64,000 nt of DNA from an uncultured Candidatus Saccharibacteria bacterium (lineage in GTDB: Bacteria > Patescibacteriota > WWE3 > UBA101185 > 2-01-FULL-41-18), in contig CAZWQF010000002.1 in assembly GCA_964636285.1 (NCBI GenBank), positions 9,669 through 73,668 on the forward strand, read 5' to 3'. Of this stretch, positions 51,719 through 61,105 are shown in pieces. The notes under the pieces were generated by a model, which searched no databases, was not told the DNA's origin, and saw only the letters and a program-made list of their open reading frames with translations. The position numbers and the translations under genes are program-made. How positions within the stretch are numbered: position 1 is the stretch's first letter; each line of letters starts with the position of its first letter.

Positions 51719-51878
51719 ATATACTCACAATTTATTTAAATTTACAATCTGCTCTAGAGAATTCTTCAAAACTAATTGCAATTATTCTGTAGTTCTGGTA
51801 TATATCAGGCTAATTAAATAGATCATTCCTGACTGACTGCCCATAAAGCAGTCATTTTTGTTTGAAAGGGGGTGTTTT

Positions 51879-52211
51879 ATGAAAAAGTTCATAACTTTCC
51901 AAGCAGTTGCATTAACGCTACTTCTAACAGCGACCCCTGTTTTTGCTCAATCTTCCGATGTCACTAAAATCCAAACATTCATTCAAAGTATCATTCAAGT
52001 TCTAGTTACCATTGCAGGTTTAACCTCAGCTGGCTTTTTTGTTTGGGGTGGATTTGGTTACATCACAAGTTCTGGTAATCCTGAAAATCTCGATAAATCA
52101 AAGAAAACGATATTTTATTCAGCGATTGGGTTAACAGTAGTTTTAGCTGCATTTGTTTTATCTAATATCGTTACTCAGCTTGCTACCTCTGCCTTTGGTG
52201 CTAGTCAGTAG
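51879..52211 (+). CDS. VirB2/TrbC-like conjugative pilin
   Basis: Signal peptide (VFA|Q), GGFGYITSSGNPE...KKTI...IGL; ATG 51879 with GAAAGGGGGTG RBS. Confidence 0.85.
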   Translation: MKKFITFQAVALTLLLTATPVFAQSSDVTKIQTFIQSIIQVLVTIAGLTSAGFFVWGGFGYITSSGNPENLDKSKKTIFYSAIGLTVVLAAFVLSNIVTQLATSAFGASQ

Positions 52212-52236
52212 TAATTAGTTTCCTGCTTGAAACTGT

Positions 52237-53529
52237 ATGCGTAAATTGACCCTAATATTAGGGGTACTATTATGCTTAATACTCACTCCATCAACCGCAT
52301 TTGCGGCTGATTCAGCTTCGGCTATTACTGACTTCACTAAAAATACCGTAAATATAATAAGCTCTATAGCATCGGTTGCGTGTGTCTTTTTTCTAATTAA
52401 AGGTGGTTTTACCTACATCACTTCAACAGGGAAGCCTGAAATACTGGAAGACGCTAAAAAGACAATTAAAAATGCGCTTATTGGTTTAATCCTAGTGCTT
52501 GGCGCAAGTTTATTAGTCTCTCTCATGCACGGAGCACTAAACCCCCAAGTAACTGATACAAGTCAAGCAACACTCAACCTTGAACAAATAAAATCAACAA
52601 CTCCAAGTGACGGGCTTACTCAGGTTCTTATTGATGCAGTCTCAGCCTTTGTTCAAAACCTTGTAGAAAGCGCTACAAAGCCTCTGCTTGATGGAATATT
52701 GTCTTACCTGACAACTACACCCTCTGTTCTAAATAACACGGTAATTAGAAACTTTTGGTTTGTCATGGTTGGTATTGTTGATTCACTCTTTATTGTTGTA
52801 GTGGCACTCTTGGGACTTAACTTTATGAGTGCTTCAAGTTTTGGTTTTGAAGAGATGGAGTTAAAACAGCTCCTGCCCCGAATTGGTATTGCCTTTCTTG
52901 GAGCTAATGTATCTTTGTTTCTAGCTGACTATGTAATTCTTACGAGTAACACTCTAATTAATGCTGTAATCACCTCAACTGGAGGGCTTAATAAAGCGTG
53001 GATCACTCAGGCTATTAATCCTGAAACTTTTATTACGGGTAATACTCCACTAATCACCCTAGTTTTCTTACTTTTGTTTTTGATTGTGAGCATAGTTTTA
53101 CTTTTTATGTATATCTCGCGCTTAATTATGGTTTGCCTTGGAGCAGTTTTATCTCCCTTTATATTTTTAATGTGGGCAATGCCTAAACTCTCAGATATAG
53201 CGGAAATTGCTATAAAATCATACGTTGCTACTGTTTTTGTCACTTTTGTCCATGTAGTTGTGATCCAGCTTGCTTCTGCCTTTTTAACTCTTCCAGAAAA
53301 TTCAAATAACGCCCTTTTATCGATTGCCATCGCCATTGGTCTTTTTATGTCGCTACTTAAAATCCCACCCATGTTATTTCACATGATGATGTATCAAACA
53401 AGAAGTTCAGGTATTAAAAAACTTGGAAGCCAAATAATCAATGTAATGACAACAGACAACGCTTCAGCAGTAAGCAGGGAAACAGCTAAGCAAGCTTCAA
53501 GAATACCAAGAAAGGTGGTTAAGCTATGA
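52237..53529 (+). CDS. Pilin-domain/VirB6(TrbL)-like polytopic membrane protein
   Basis: N-terminal pilin-like repeat followed by multi-TM region with R...LGAVLSP. Confidence 0.72.
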   Translation: MRKLTLILGVLLCLILTPSTAFAADSASAITDFTKNTVNIISSIASVACVFFLIKGGFTYITSTGKPEILEDAKKTIKNALIGLILVLGASLLVSLMHGALNPQVTDTSQATLNLEQIKSTTPSDGLTQVLIDAVSAFVQNLVESATKPLLDGILSYLTTTPSVLNNTVIRNFWFVMVGIVDSLFIVVVALLGLNFMSASSFGFEEMELKQLLPRIGIAFLGANVSLFLADYVILTSNTLINAVITSTGGLNKAWITQAINPETFITGNTPLITLVFLLLFLIVSIVLLFMYISRLIMVCLGAVLSPFIFLMWAMPKLSDIAEIAIKSYVATVFVTFVHVVVIQLASAFLTLPENSNNALLSIAIAIGLFMSLLKIPPMLFHMMMYQTRSSGIKKLGSQIINVMTTDNASAVSRETAKQASRIPRKVVKL

Positions 53530-54044
53530 GAACTACAGTAATCCCAGCACAAATCACAACCGTGGAAGACACTATTGCCGGAAACTTAAACCTCACTCAA
53601 ATTCTCATTCTCATGTTTCCCGTAATCTTTACGACGCTTTTATACGCACTGTTCCCTGAACCCATGAAAATAACCATTTATAAAATTGCACTTTCACTTG
53701 CTTCAGCGATGGTCTGCATAATTTTAGCTATCCGAGTTAAAGGCAAGGTTATTTTAAATTGGCTTCTTATTTTGACGACTTACTATGCCAGACCAAAAAC
53801 CTTTGTCTTTAATAAAAATGATGATTATTTAAGGTCTATGGATATGCCTATCGAGGTTAATGAAAAACCGCTCCCTGCAATTGAAATAAAAAAAGCAAGC
53901 GCACATACAAAGGGAAATCTTTCTCAAAATGACTCAGATATTGCCAAAGCTGAAAGCTTTGTTTTAAGTAAAAATATTTCCATTAGATTTAAGTTAAACA
54001 GGAAAGGAGGATTCAATGTCGCTTTTGAACCAGCTTCTTCATAA
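53526..54044 (+). CDS. PrgI-like (VirB3-analogous) membrane protein
   Basis: IPAQITTVEDTIAGNLNLTQ, two TMs, RPK. Confidence 0.78.
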   Translation: MRTTVIPAQITTVEDTIAGNLNLTQILILMFPVIFTTLLYALFPEPMKITIYKIALSLASAMVCIILAIRVKGKVILNWLLILTTYYARPKTFVFNKNDDYLRSMDMPIEVNEKPLPAIEIKKASAHTKGNLSQNDSDIAKAESFVLSKNISIRFKLNRKGGFNVAFEPASS

Positions 54045-54636
54045 AGTCTCAACAAGAAGACAAATCAAAATAAAAGAAGTCAGAGACGGAATTCTGATTT
54101 TGCCTAACAATGAATACCGCAGTATTCTTGAAACCTCATCAGTTAATTTTGAATTAAAAAGTGAAGCTGAGCAGGAAGTACTTATTGATAACTTTCAAAA
54201 CTTTTTAAACTCACTGCCTCAAAAGTTACAAATAATAATTAGAGTCAGAGAACTTGATATTGATCGGTATGTTGATCGTATTACGCAAAGCAGATTTACA
54301 GAAAAAGATTCCACCTACAAAGAGCAATTAGAAAGTTATGGGAACTTCATGAAGGTATTAGTTTCAGGAAATAAAATACTTTCTCGCAGGTTTTTTATTG
54401 TTATTCCATATAAACCAGAGGATAAAGCCCATGACTTTCAGATTATTAAAGAACAACTTAATCTAAACAGGGATTTAGTGCTTCGAGGTATTGAAAAGCT
54501 TAGCATGAGAGCCAAACAACTTGATAGTCTTGAACTCCTTGATCTTTTTTATACGTTTTATAACCCACGTGAATCAAAAGTTATGGAGTTAAAAGGTCAC
54601 ACTATAGAAATGTTATTAAAAAACCAATATGCATAA
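54016..54636 (+). CDS. VirB4 N-terminal-like (TraC-associated) protein
   Basis: SSVNFELKSEAEQ...FLNSL, RRFFIVIPY; between PrgI and VirB4. Confidence 0.72.
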   Translation: MSLLNQLLHKVSTRRQIKIKEVRDGILILPNNEYRSILETSSVNFELKSEAEQEVLIDNFQNFLNSLPQKLQIIIRVRELDIDRYVDRITQSRFTEKDSTYKEQLESYGNFMKVLVSGNKILSRRFFIVIPYKPEDKAHDFQIIKEQLNLNRDLVLRGIEKLSMRAKQLDSLELLDLFYTFYNPRESKVMELKGHTIEMLLKNQYA

Positions 54637-56428
54637 ACTATTCATAAATCTTCAAAAATTTAATATTTTAGATATTAAAAAAAGGAAAGCTAAAAAGCGA
54701 CTGGAACACAAAAAGGCACTTCAGTTTAACTTTGGCGAACAGGATCAAATTGACCTCATTTCCTATTCTGGGCTTAAAGAAGAAGCAAGCTATCTGCAAA
54801 TGGGAGAAAAAGTTGTTCGAACACTTTTTATCTCGGGTTACCCATATATTGCAAATACTGGTTGGCTTAATTTGCTTATTAACTTTAATCACAACATTGA
54901 TATTAGCTATCACATTGAGCAAGTTGACCCACAACTTGCACTCCCAAAACTAAATCGAAAAATCACAGAGCTGGAATCAACCAAACGAAACATGCTCAAA
55001 GAAGGCAGAGTGATTGGTTCTGAAGTAACCGATCCACTTGAGTCTGCCATAGAACTTAAAGACAAGATTCAAAGGGGTCAGGAAAAACTGTTTCAAGTTT
55101 CAATCTACATGACGATCATGTCAGACACTTTAAGTGAGCTTTATAAACTCACCACAATTTTAGAAACGATTATGTCCTCAAGACTTTTCTATATTAAAAC
55201 TGCCACTTTCCAACAGACGGAAGGGCTTCAATCAATTCTTCCAAGAGGTGAAAACATTTTAAAACAAAAACGAAACCTTGATAGTAGCTCAACAGCCTTA
55301 ACTTTCCCATTTGTATCATCTGAGCTTGTTCAAGAATCAGGCATTTTGTATGGGATTAACAAATCCAATAATTCGCTCGTTATTGTTGATCGGTTTTCTT
55401 TAAATAATGCTAACTCAATTATATTTGCTCAGTCGGGTAGTGGTAAAAGTTATACCGCTAAAGTTGAAATCTTAAGACAACTCATGCAGGGAACTAAAGT
55501 TATTGTTATTGACCCTGAGCGAGAGTACCAACAACTTGCAGCTTCTGTTAATGGAACTTACATCAAGCTTTCATCAAACTCCAAAGAGAAAATAAATCCT
55601 TTTGATTTTTCACAAAACACCATTGATGATTCAAATGATCTTTCCGAACACATTCAGGACTTAATGGAAATTATTTCACTTATGGTTGGATCACTGAGTC
55701 CTGAAGAAAGAGCCATCATTGATAAGGCAATTATTGAAACCTACAAACAAAACGGATTTTCCTTGCGTAGTGTGAAAAAAAATCAAAACAAAAAGTTTCC
55801 ACTTTTAAAAGATTTATACAAAACCTTAAAAAAACTTAACCAAACTGATCTTTGTAACAGACTTGAGCGGTATATAGAAGGCTCACTCTCTGAAGTGTTT
55901 AACTCCCAAACAAATATTGAGCTAAACAATAGACTCGTTGTATTTGATATCAAGGATTTAAACGACTCCATCAGGCAAATCATGATGATGGTGGTAGCCA
56001 ACTTTGTTCACGCTCAAGTAAAAACCCATCCACAAAAAAGAATTCTGGTTATTGATGAAGGCTGGATGCTTTTAGAACATCAAGAAAGCGCCAGGTTTGT
56101 TTCAAACCTCGTTCGAAGAGCGAGAAAATACTATCTAGGGGTTACCATCATCTCCCAACAAGCCAATGACTTTTTAAATAATGAGTATGGCCGGGCTATA
56201 GCCTCACAATCAGCTCTACGAGTACTTATGAGGCAAGACACTACAACCATCAAAAAAGTAGCTCAGGAATTTCACTTAAGTGAGTATGAAGAGCATTTTC
56301 TTTTAACTTGTGAACGAGGTGAAGCTTTAATTATTGCTGACCAAAATCACGTGGCTTTAAAAGTAGTCGCCTCAGAAAAAGAACACCCACTTCTTACCAC
56401 AGACCCGAAAGAGGTTTACGGACAATGA
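54629..56428 (+). CDS. VirB4-like conjugation ATPase
   Basis: AQSGSGKS, VIDPEREY, VIDEGW, RRARKY. Confidence 0.92.
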   Translation: MHKLFINLQKFNILDIKKRKAKKRLEHKKALQFNFGEQDQIDLISYSGLKEEASYLQMGEKVVRTLFISGYPYIANTGWLNLLINFNHNIDISYHIEQVDPQLALPKLNRKITELESTKRNMLKEGRVIGSEVTDPLESAIELKDKIQRGQEKLFQVSIYMTIMSDTLSELYKLTTILETIMSSRLFYIKTATFQQTEGLQSILPRGENILKQKRNLDSSSTALTFPFVSSELVQESGILYGINKSNNSLVIVDRFSLNNANSIIFAQSGSGKSYTAKVEILRQLMQGTKVIVIDPEREYQQLAASVNGTYIKLSSNSKEKINPFDFSQNTIDDSNDLSEHIQDLMEIISLMVGSLSPEERAIIDKAIIETYKQNGFSLRSVKKNQNKKFPLLKDLYKTLKKLNQTDLCNRLERYIEGSLSEVFNSQTNIELNNRLVVFDIKDLNDSIRQIMMMVVANFVHAQVKTHPQKRILVIDEGWMLLEHQESARFVSNLVRRARKYYLGVTIISQQANDFLNNEYGRAIASQSALRVLMRQDTTTIKKVAQEFHLSEYEEHFLLTCERGEALIIADQNHVALKVVASEKEHPLLTTDPKEVYGQ

Positions 56429-57021
56429 ACTATTTAGGTCTGGGTTTTACACTCTGGTTATTTAAAAATGAGCTTAAGTATGTAGCACTCGCTTTCCTGA
56501 TCATTCTTCTAATCCCAGTCTTTGCTGTATTTGTACTCACCCACGCAGGAATAAATCTTGTTTCAGATACACTTGTAAAAATTGATAAAACAACGCAAAA
56601 AATAGAGCTTCTTAATCCCAAGGGTGAACTATATAAAGAGCTTGATGTAACAACCTCATGGCCACTCAAAGGCTATGTCACTTTAGAATTTGGAGAATCT
56701 TCTGCCTTTCAGTTATTTCATACTGGCCTTGATATAGCTACATTCAAAGGCGATAAAATCATCCCCCTTATGCCTGGAAAAGTTATTTATGCTGGTGAAA
56801 TATCTTGGGGGTACGGAAAACATGTCATTATTGATCATGGTGACAACATCACAACCATATATGCACACCTTGATAAAATCTATGTCGTAAAAGGCCAACA
56901 AGTAGGAGCAGGTGAGGTAATCGGTACAGAAGGAGAGACAGGATGGGCAACAGGGCCTCACCTACACTTTGAGGTGAGAGTGTTTGGAATACCGGTTAAT
57001 CCTCTGAGTCTTTTAAGATAA
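56425..57021 (+). CDS. M23 family peptidoglycan peptidase
   Basis: HTGLDIA, YAHL, TGPHLHFEV. Confidence 0.93.
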   Translation: MNYLGLGFTLWLFKNELKYVALAFLIILLIPVFAVFVLTHAGINLVSDTLVKIDKTTQKIELLNPKGELYKELDVTTSWPLKGYVTLEFGESSAFQLFHTGLDIATFKGDKIIPLMPGKVIYAGEISWGYGKHVIIDHGDNITTIYAHLDKIYVVKGQQVGAGEVIGTEGETGWATGPHLHFEVRVFGIPVNPLSLLR

Positions 57022-57023
57022 CA

Positions 57024-57062
57024 ATATTCCATTTTGGCATATTACAAAATGGAATATATCAT
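57024..57062 (+). promoter_or_regulatory. Sigma70 promoter overlapped by 13-bp inverted repeat (C-box-like operator)
   Basis: TTGGCA(57034)-N17-TATCAT(57057); IR ATATTCCATTTTG-N8-CAAAATGGAATAT; ATG 7 nt after -10. Confidence 0.7.
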
Positions 57063-57069
57063 TTAAGTT

Positions 57070-57291
57070 ATGAGTAAGAGCATATATTCTCCAGATCAGA
57101 AAAATATTGCAAAGAAGCTAAAAGACGCGAGGCTAGAGGCAGGTATAGATCAAACCCTTGTCGCTAAAATAATGGGTAAATCTCAATCATATGTTTCAAA
57201 AATAGAGGCAGGACAAAGAAGGATAGATGTAGTTCAACTTAAAGAGTTTGCAAAGGTTTACGACAAATCCCTCGATTATTTTATTAAATAA
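57070..57291 (+). CDS. XRE HTH regulator (R-M controller C-protein-like)
   Basis: LKDARLEAGIDQ..VA..MGKSQSYVSKIEAGQRR. Confidence 0.85.
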   Translation: MSKSIYSPDQKNIAKKLKDARLEAGIDQTLVAKIMGKSQSYVSKIEAGQRRIDVVQLKEFAKVYDKSLDYFIK

Positions 57292-57292
57292 T

Positions 57293-58387
57293 ATGACTAA
57301 AGATACTTCAATACAAAACGAGTTATTCAGTATTCAACAATTGGAAAATAAAGTAAGCCTTAACTTTGAATCCTCAACTACTGCAAATGAGTTCGGGAGA
57401 ATGGACTTTTACTCTAGACTCCTTCATTCTTTAAAGCCCGATGAAATGAGAATATGGAGGGAAGCAGACCGACTCGATTTAGAGATTAGAGGCTGGCCTA
57501 AAAATATTAAATGGAATCGAACTTCCGAAAAAGAGTTCGAAGGGAAGATTGCGGATCAAGGGAGCTTTGTCCTATCCAAATACTCTGGAACTCTTGAAAA
57601 GGCCTTACAAGGAACTTTACAAGGGATTGCTGCTGGAAACGGTACTCGTTTAAATGTGATTGAGATAGGTAATGTTTCAAATTGGAAAGAATATAAGTTT
57701 TATTCTAAGGCACGTACAATTGCCGCGTTATGTGTTCTCTATGATCTCGAGCCACATCCCAGAAATGATTTAGAAATAAATGTTCCAAATAATCTTCAAC
57801 CCCACTGGATTTGGCCTATTAACCAAGCTCAGGAGTCTGTTATAAGGGTTTATGGGGATCCCAGCAAAACAGCTGATGTTTTAAGGAATGAGGGTTGGAC
57901 TAGAGAAGGTAATTCAGCTGGTATGAAAGTTTTTAATCAAATAGTTGGTGGCGCACGTCAACAAATGTATCAATTGTTAAGGCAAGAGCAGGATATTAGC
58001 CAACAGGTTATGCGAACTAATATTCCAACCAGATGGAAAATGGAGTTATTCAGAAGTCAAGATTACACTTGTAGAATTTGTGGACTTAAGTATGACTATT
58101 CTTTATTATCCCCTGATCATAGAGTTCCAGTAATTTACCAAGCAGATGAACTAAATGAAGAAAACTATAAAATTAAACTTATGACACTCTGTAGATTCTG
58201 TAACCAGCAAAAACGAGAGGTTTGCAAGAGATTCCCACCAAACTATGTGTGGGATACAAGTCCCTGGGCTTATCCAGAGAAATTTGCTATTAAGAAAATT
58301 AAAAGTGAGATAAATCAGTTTGCTAAAGTCAACAAACTCTCTGTAGAAGAAATACTTAAACTAATTCAAGAAGAAGAAAACTACTAA
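57293..58387 (+). CDS. HNH restriction endonuclease (SphI/NspI-like C-terminal half)
   Basis: CRICG...PDHRVP...LCRFCN...WAYPE; convergent with two MTases; ATG 57293 preferred. Confidence 0.75.
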   Translation: MTKDTSIQNELFSIQQLENKVSLNFESSTTANEFGRMDFYSRLLHSLKPDEMRIWREADRLDLEIRGWPKNIKWNRTSEKEFEGKIADQGSFVLSKYSGTLEKALQGTLQGIAAGNGTRLNVIEIGNVSNWKEYKFYSKARTIAALCVLYDLEPHPRNDLEINVPNNLQPHWIWPINQAQESVIRVYGDPSKTADVLRNEGWTREGNSAGMKVFNQIVGGARQQMYQLLRQEQDISQQVMRTNIPTRWKMELFRSQDYTCRICGLKYDYSLLSPDHRVPVIYQADELNEENYKIKLMTLCRFCNQQKREVCKRFPPNYVWDTSPWAYPEKFAIKKIKSEINQFAKVNKLSVEEILKLIQEEENY

Positions 58388-58426
58388 GCTATCAGATTCA
58401 ATTGGGAATGTTGTTCAACTGTTGAT

Positions 58427-59398
58427 TTAATTATGTAGTTCATCATAGTTACTAAAGTAGTCGTATATTACGCTAGCAATTGCTTGGGCTAGCCCGACTG
58501 GAACAGCATTACCTATTTGACGGTAAACCGAGGTCATTGCCCCATAGAATTCGAAATCAAGTGGAAAGTCTTGTATAACTGCTGTTTCACGACAAGATAA
58601 TCTTCTCTGATTGTTTGGATGATGATTTATCATCGCCCCACCCTTTTTATCACCTCTCGCAGTAATTGTTGGGGACGGCTTTGTTGGATCTATATAACGA
58701 TTGCTCAAGTAACCATTAAATTTAAGTTTAAATTTAGAATATTCATGGTTTTTTAAATTATGTGTCGAATTTGGTTCAGGTATCAAATCCAGAGCTTTCC
58801 CTACCGACACCCATTCAAGTGTCGTAGAATTGGGATTTTTACTATGGGTGGGTTTTGGAGGGAATTGAATGTTTGGATTTAAATCTTTTCTAATTCCCAA
58901 AATTAGAACTCTTTGTCTGGTTTGAGGCACACCATAGTCTGCAGCATTTACTAGTGCATATCGACAATTGTAACCGATCTCGGAAAAATCTTTCAAAATC
59001 ATTTTGAACACATCTCCCTTATTTAAACTCAGTATTCCCTTAACGTTTTCGGCAAGAAATAATTTAGGTCTTTTGTCTTTTATTATTCTTTTCATTTCCA
59101 AATAAAGTTTGTTCCTGCTATCGCTAGTGGAACGATTCATATTCGCGAGAGAAAACCCTTGGCAAGGAAAGCCTCCAATAATTATGTCTGTTTCTGGAAT
59201 ATCAGTAGAGCTAATATTCTCTATTCCATTCAGTACAATATGTTTTCCTAAATTCATCTCATAAGTCTTTACTGAGTCCGATTCATTGTCGTTAGCCCAA
59301 ATTATATTGAAACCAGCATTTTTAAAACCTAAATCCATACCTCCAGCTCCAGAAAAGAGCGACACAACAGTTGGTTTATTTTTGTGAAAGTTATTCAT
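58427..59398 (-). CDS. DNA (cytosine-5) methyltransferase 2
   Basis: FSGAGG, GGFPCQGFS, ENV, QTRQR, YRQIGNAVP. Confidence 0.96.
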   Translation of the reverse strand: MNNFHKNKPTVVSLFSGAGGMDLGFKNAGFNIIWANDNESDSVKTYEMNLGKHIVLNGIENISSTDIPETDIIIGGFPCQGFSLANMNRSTSDSRNKLYLEMKRIIKDKRPKLFLAENVKGILSLNKGDVFKMILKDFSEIGYNCRYALVNAADYGVPQTRQRVLILGIRKDLNPNIQFPPKPTHSKNPNSTTLEWVSVGKALDLIPEPNSTHNLKNHEYSKFKLKFNGYLSNRYIDPTKPSPTITARGDKKGGAMINHHPNNQRRLSCRETAVIQDFPLDFEFYGAMTSVYRQIGNAVPVGLAQAIASVIYDYFSNYDELHN

Positions 59399-60360
59399 AC
59401 GCTATCTATACTTCTCAAATACTTATTGTAAACTTCTATAACCTTCGCCCCAAGCAGCTTGGAATATTTTACTGGTACTGCATTACCTATTTGTCTATAC
59501 TTAGAGTTAACAGAGCCATAGAATTTAAAATTGTGAGGGAATGTCTGAATCCATGCAGACTCTCTTACAGTCATTCTTCTGATACCGTTGGGATGTGGTG
59601 TTGCATTTACCCCACCTTTGCCATTGCCTCTTGCCAATATAGTTGGACTAGGTTTGGAACCGTCGGTTGCTCTATGCCCCGTGAAGTTTCTGATCTCCAG
59701 TTTGTATTTAGTCCCCACATCTTTATCTGCTAACTCTCCAAACTTTTCAAGATTAATAAAGGCCTCGTTTACCGAAACCCACTTTTTAGTATTCATGTCT
59801 CCGTTTTCGGAATGTGTTTCGTTTGGATAACAAAGTTCAAAATTAGGCATTAGATCTTTTCGAGTGCCAAGGATTATCACTCTTTTTCTCATTTGAGGAA
59901 CACCATAATTAGCCATGTTAATTAATTGATATTTAACTGAATAACCTGCATTTGCAAAGTCATCAACTATTTTTTCTATCACCTTACCATTTTCTATATT
60001 CAGAATACCCCTAACGTTTTCAGCAACGAACCATTTTGGTTGTTTATCATTCACAATTCTTAGCATCTCCAGATAAAGGATATTCCTACTATCGTTTATT
60101 GATCTAAATTTATTAGCAACAGAAAATCCTTGGCAAGGAAATCCACCTACTATCAAATCTGGATCAGGAATATTTTCAGACCGAACATCGAGAATATCAG
60201 AGAGTATTATTGTATTGGTTTTGAGATTGGCTTTATACGTATCAAGCGAATCTTTATCATTGTCATTTGCCCATACTATCTCTAAACCCGCTTTTTCGAG
60301 GCCTAAATCCATACCACCGGCTCCACTAAATAGTGATACAACTTTTGGTGTCTTCCTCAT
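59395..60360 (-). CDS. DNA (cytosine-5) methyltransferase 1
   Basis: FSGAGG, GGFPCQGFS, ENV, QMRKR, YRQIGNAVP; GGAGG RBS. Confidence 0.96.
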   Translation of the reverse strand: MRKTPKVVSLFSGAGGMDLGLEKAGLEIVWANDNDKDSLDTYKANLKTNTIILSDILDVRSENIPDPDLIVGGFPCQGFSVANKFRSINDSRNILYLEMLRIVNDKQPKWFVAENVRGILNIENGKVIEKIVDDFANAGYSVKYQLINMANYGVPQMRKRVIILGTRKDLMPNFELCYPNETHSENGDMNTKKWVSVNEAFINLEKFGELADKDVGTKYKLEIRNFTGHRATDGSKPSPTILARGNGKGGVNATPHPNGIRRMTVRESAWIQTFPHNFKFYGSVNSKYRQIGNAVPVKYSKLLGAKVIEVYNKYLRSIDSV

Positions 60361-60399
60361 TTAATTCAACCTCCTAATAAAATCTTTACACATTTTGAA

Positions 60400-61023
60400 T
60401 TACAAAGCCCTTCTAATTAAGCCACAAAACTTTCCCCTAATTTCTATTTCGCCAACCTCAAATTGTCTTGGCCAATCTTTTAATCTAGAATTTGCTGCTC
60501 GAAGTTCTATCTTGTCGTTTAACATATAAAACTTCTTAAGAGTAGCTAATTCATTTCCATTATTCATAATGGCAACTACTGTATCCCCGTTTTGAGCAAT
60601 ACTTTGTGATCTAATGACTACAACATCACCGTCGTGAATTCCATCGTCGACCATGCTGTCACCTGAAACTTTTAATGCAAAATGACTTCCTGTCCCAGGT
60701 AAGAGGTCTATTGAAACTTTTATTGGCTCTGGGTTCTCAATGGGTTCTATTCCTGCTCCAGCAGAAATTTTACCAACAAGGGGTATTTCTTTAAAACCTC
60801 CATTTTCTTCGAAAACGGATATGCTTCTAGTGGACTTGGGCTCATATTTCAAAACACCCTTCTCTTTTAAAGCAACAACGTGCTTATGTACAGCCGATAT
60901 CGAATCAATCATCATCAACTTTCCTAACTCATCAAGTCTTGGAGGATATCCATGAAGTTTTATGTAAGCTTGGATGTGTGTGAATGCTTCTTTCTGCCTT
61001 TTGCTTAGGTTAGATATTGACAT
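60400..61023 (-). CDS. lexA: LexA-family self-cleaving repressor
   Basis: wHTH (GYPP..EL), cleavage loop VGKISAG, catalytic GDSM and ATLKK. Confidence 0.9.
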   Translation of the reverse strand: MSISNLSKRQKEAFTHIQAYIKLHGYPPRLDELGKLMMIDSISAVHKHVVALKEKGVLKYEPKSTRSISVFEENGGFKEIPLVGKISAGAGIEPIENPEPIKVSIDLLPGTGSHFALKVSGDSMVDDGIHDGDVVVIRSQSIAQNGDTVVAIMNNGNELATLKKFYMLNDKIELRAANSRLKDWPRQFEVGEIEIRGKFCGLIRRAL

Positions 61024-61050
61024 AACATGATTTCCTGATTTATATTAGGT

Positions 61051-61093
61051 GAAACTGTTTCTCTATTATGGAGGAACAATATTTATATGTCAA
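61051..61093 (-). promoter_or_regulatory. lexA promoter with overlapping palindrome
   Basis: Minus strand TTGACA(61093-88)-N17-CATAAT(61070-65); GAAAC-T-GTTTC at 61051-61061 spans the predicted +1. Confidence 0.65.
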
Positions 61094-61105
61094 GAAAGAA
61101 TAACA

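Noticed and set aside
60400-61023. Prophage CI repressor or prophage
   Set aside because: N-terminus is a LexA-type winged helix, and no phage structural or replication genes are present
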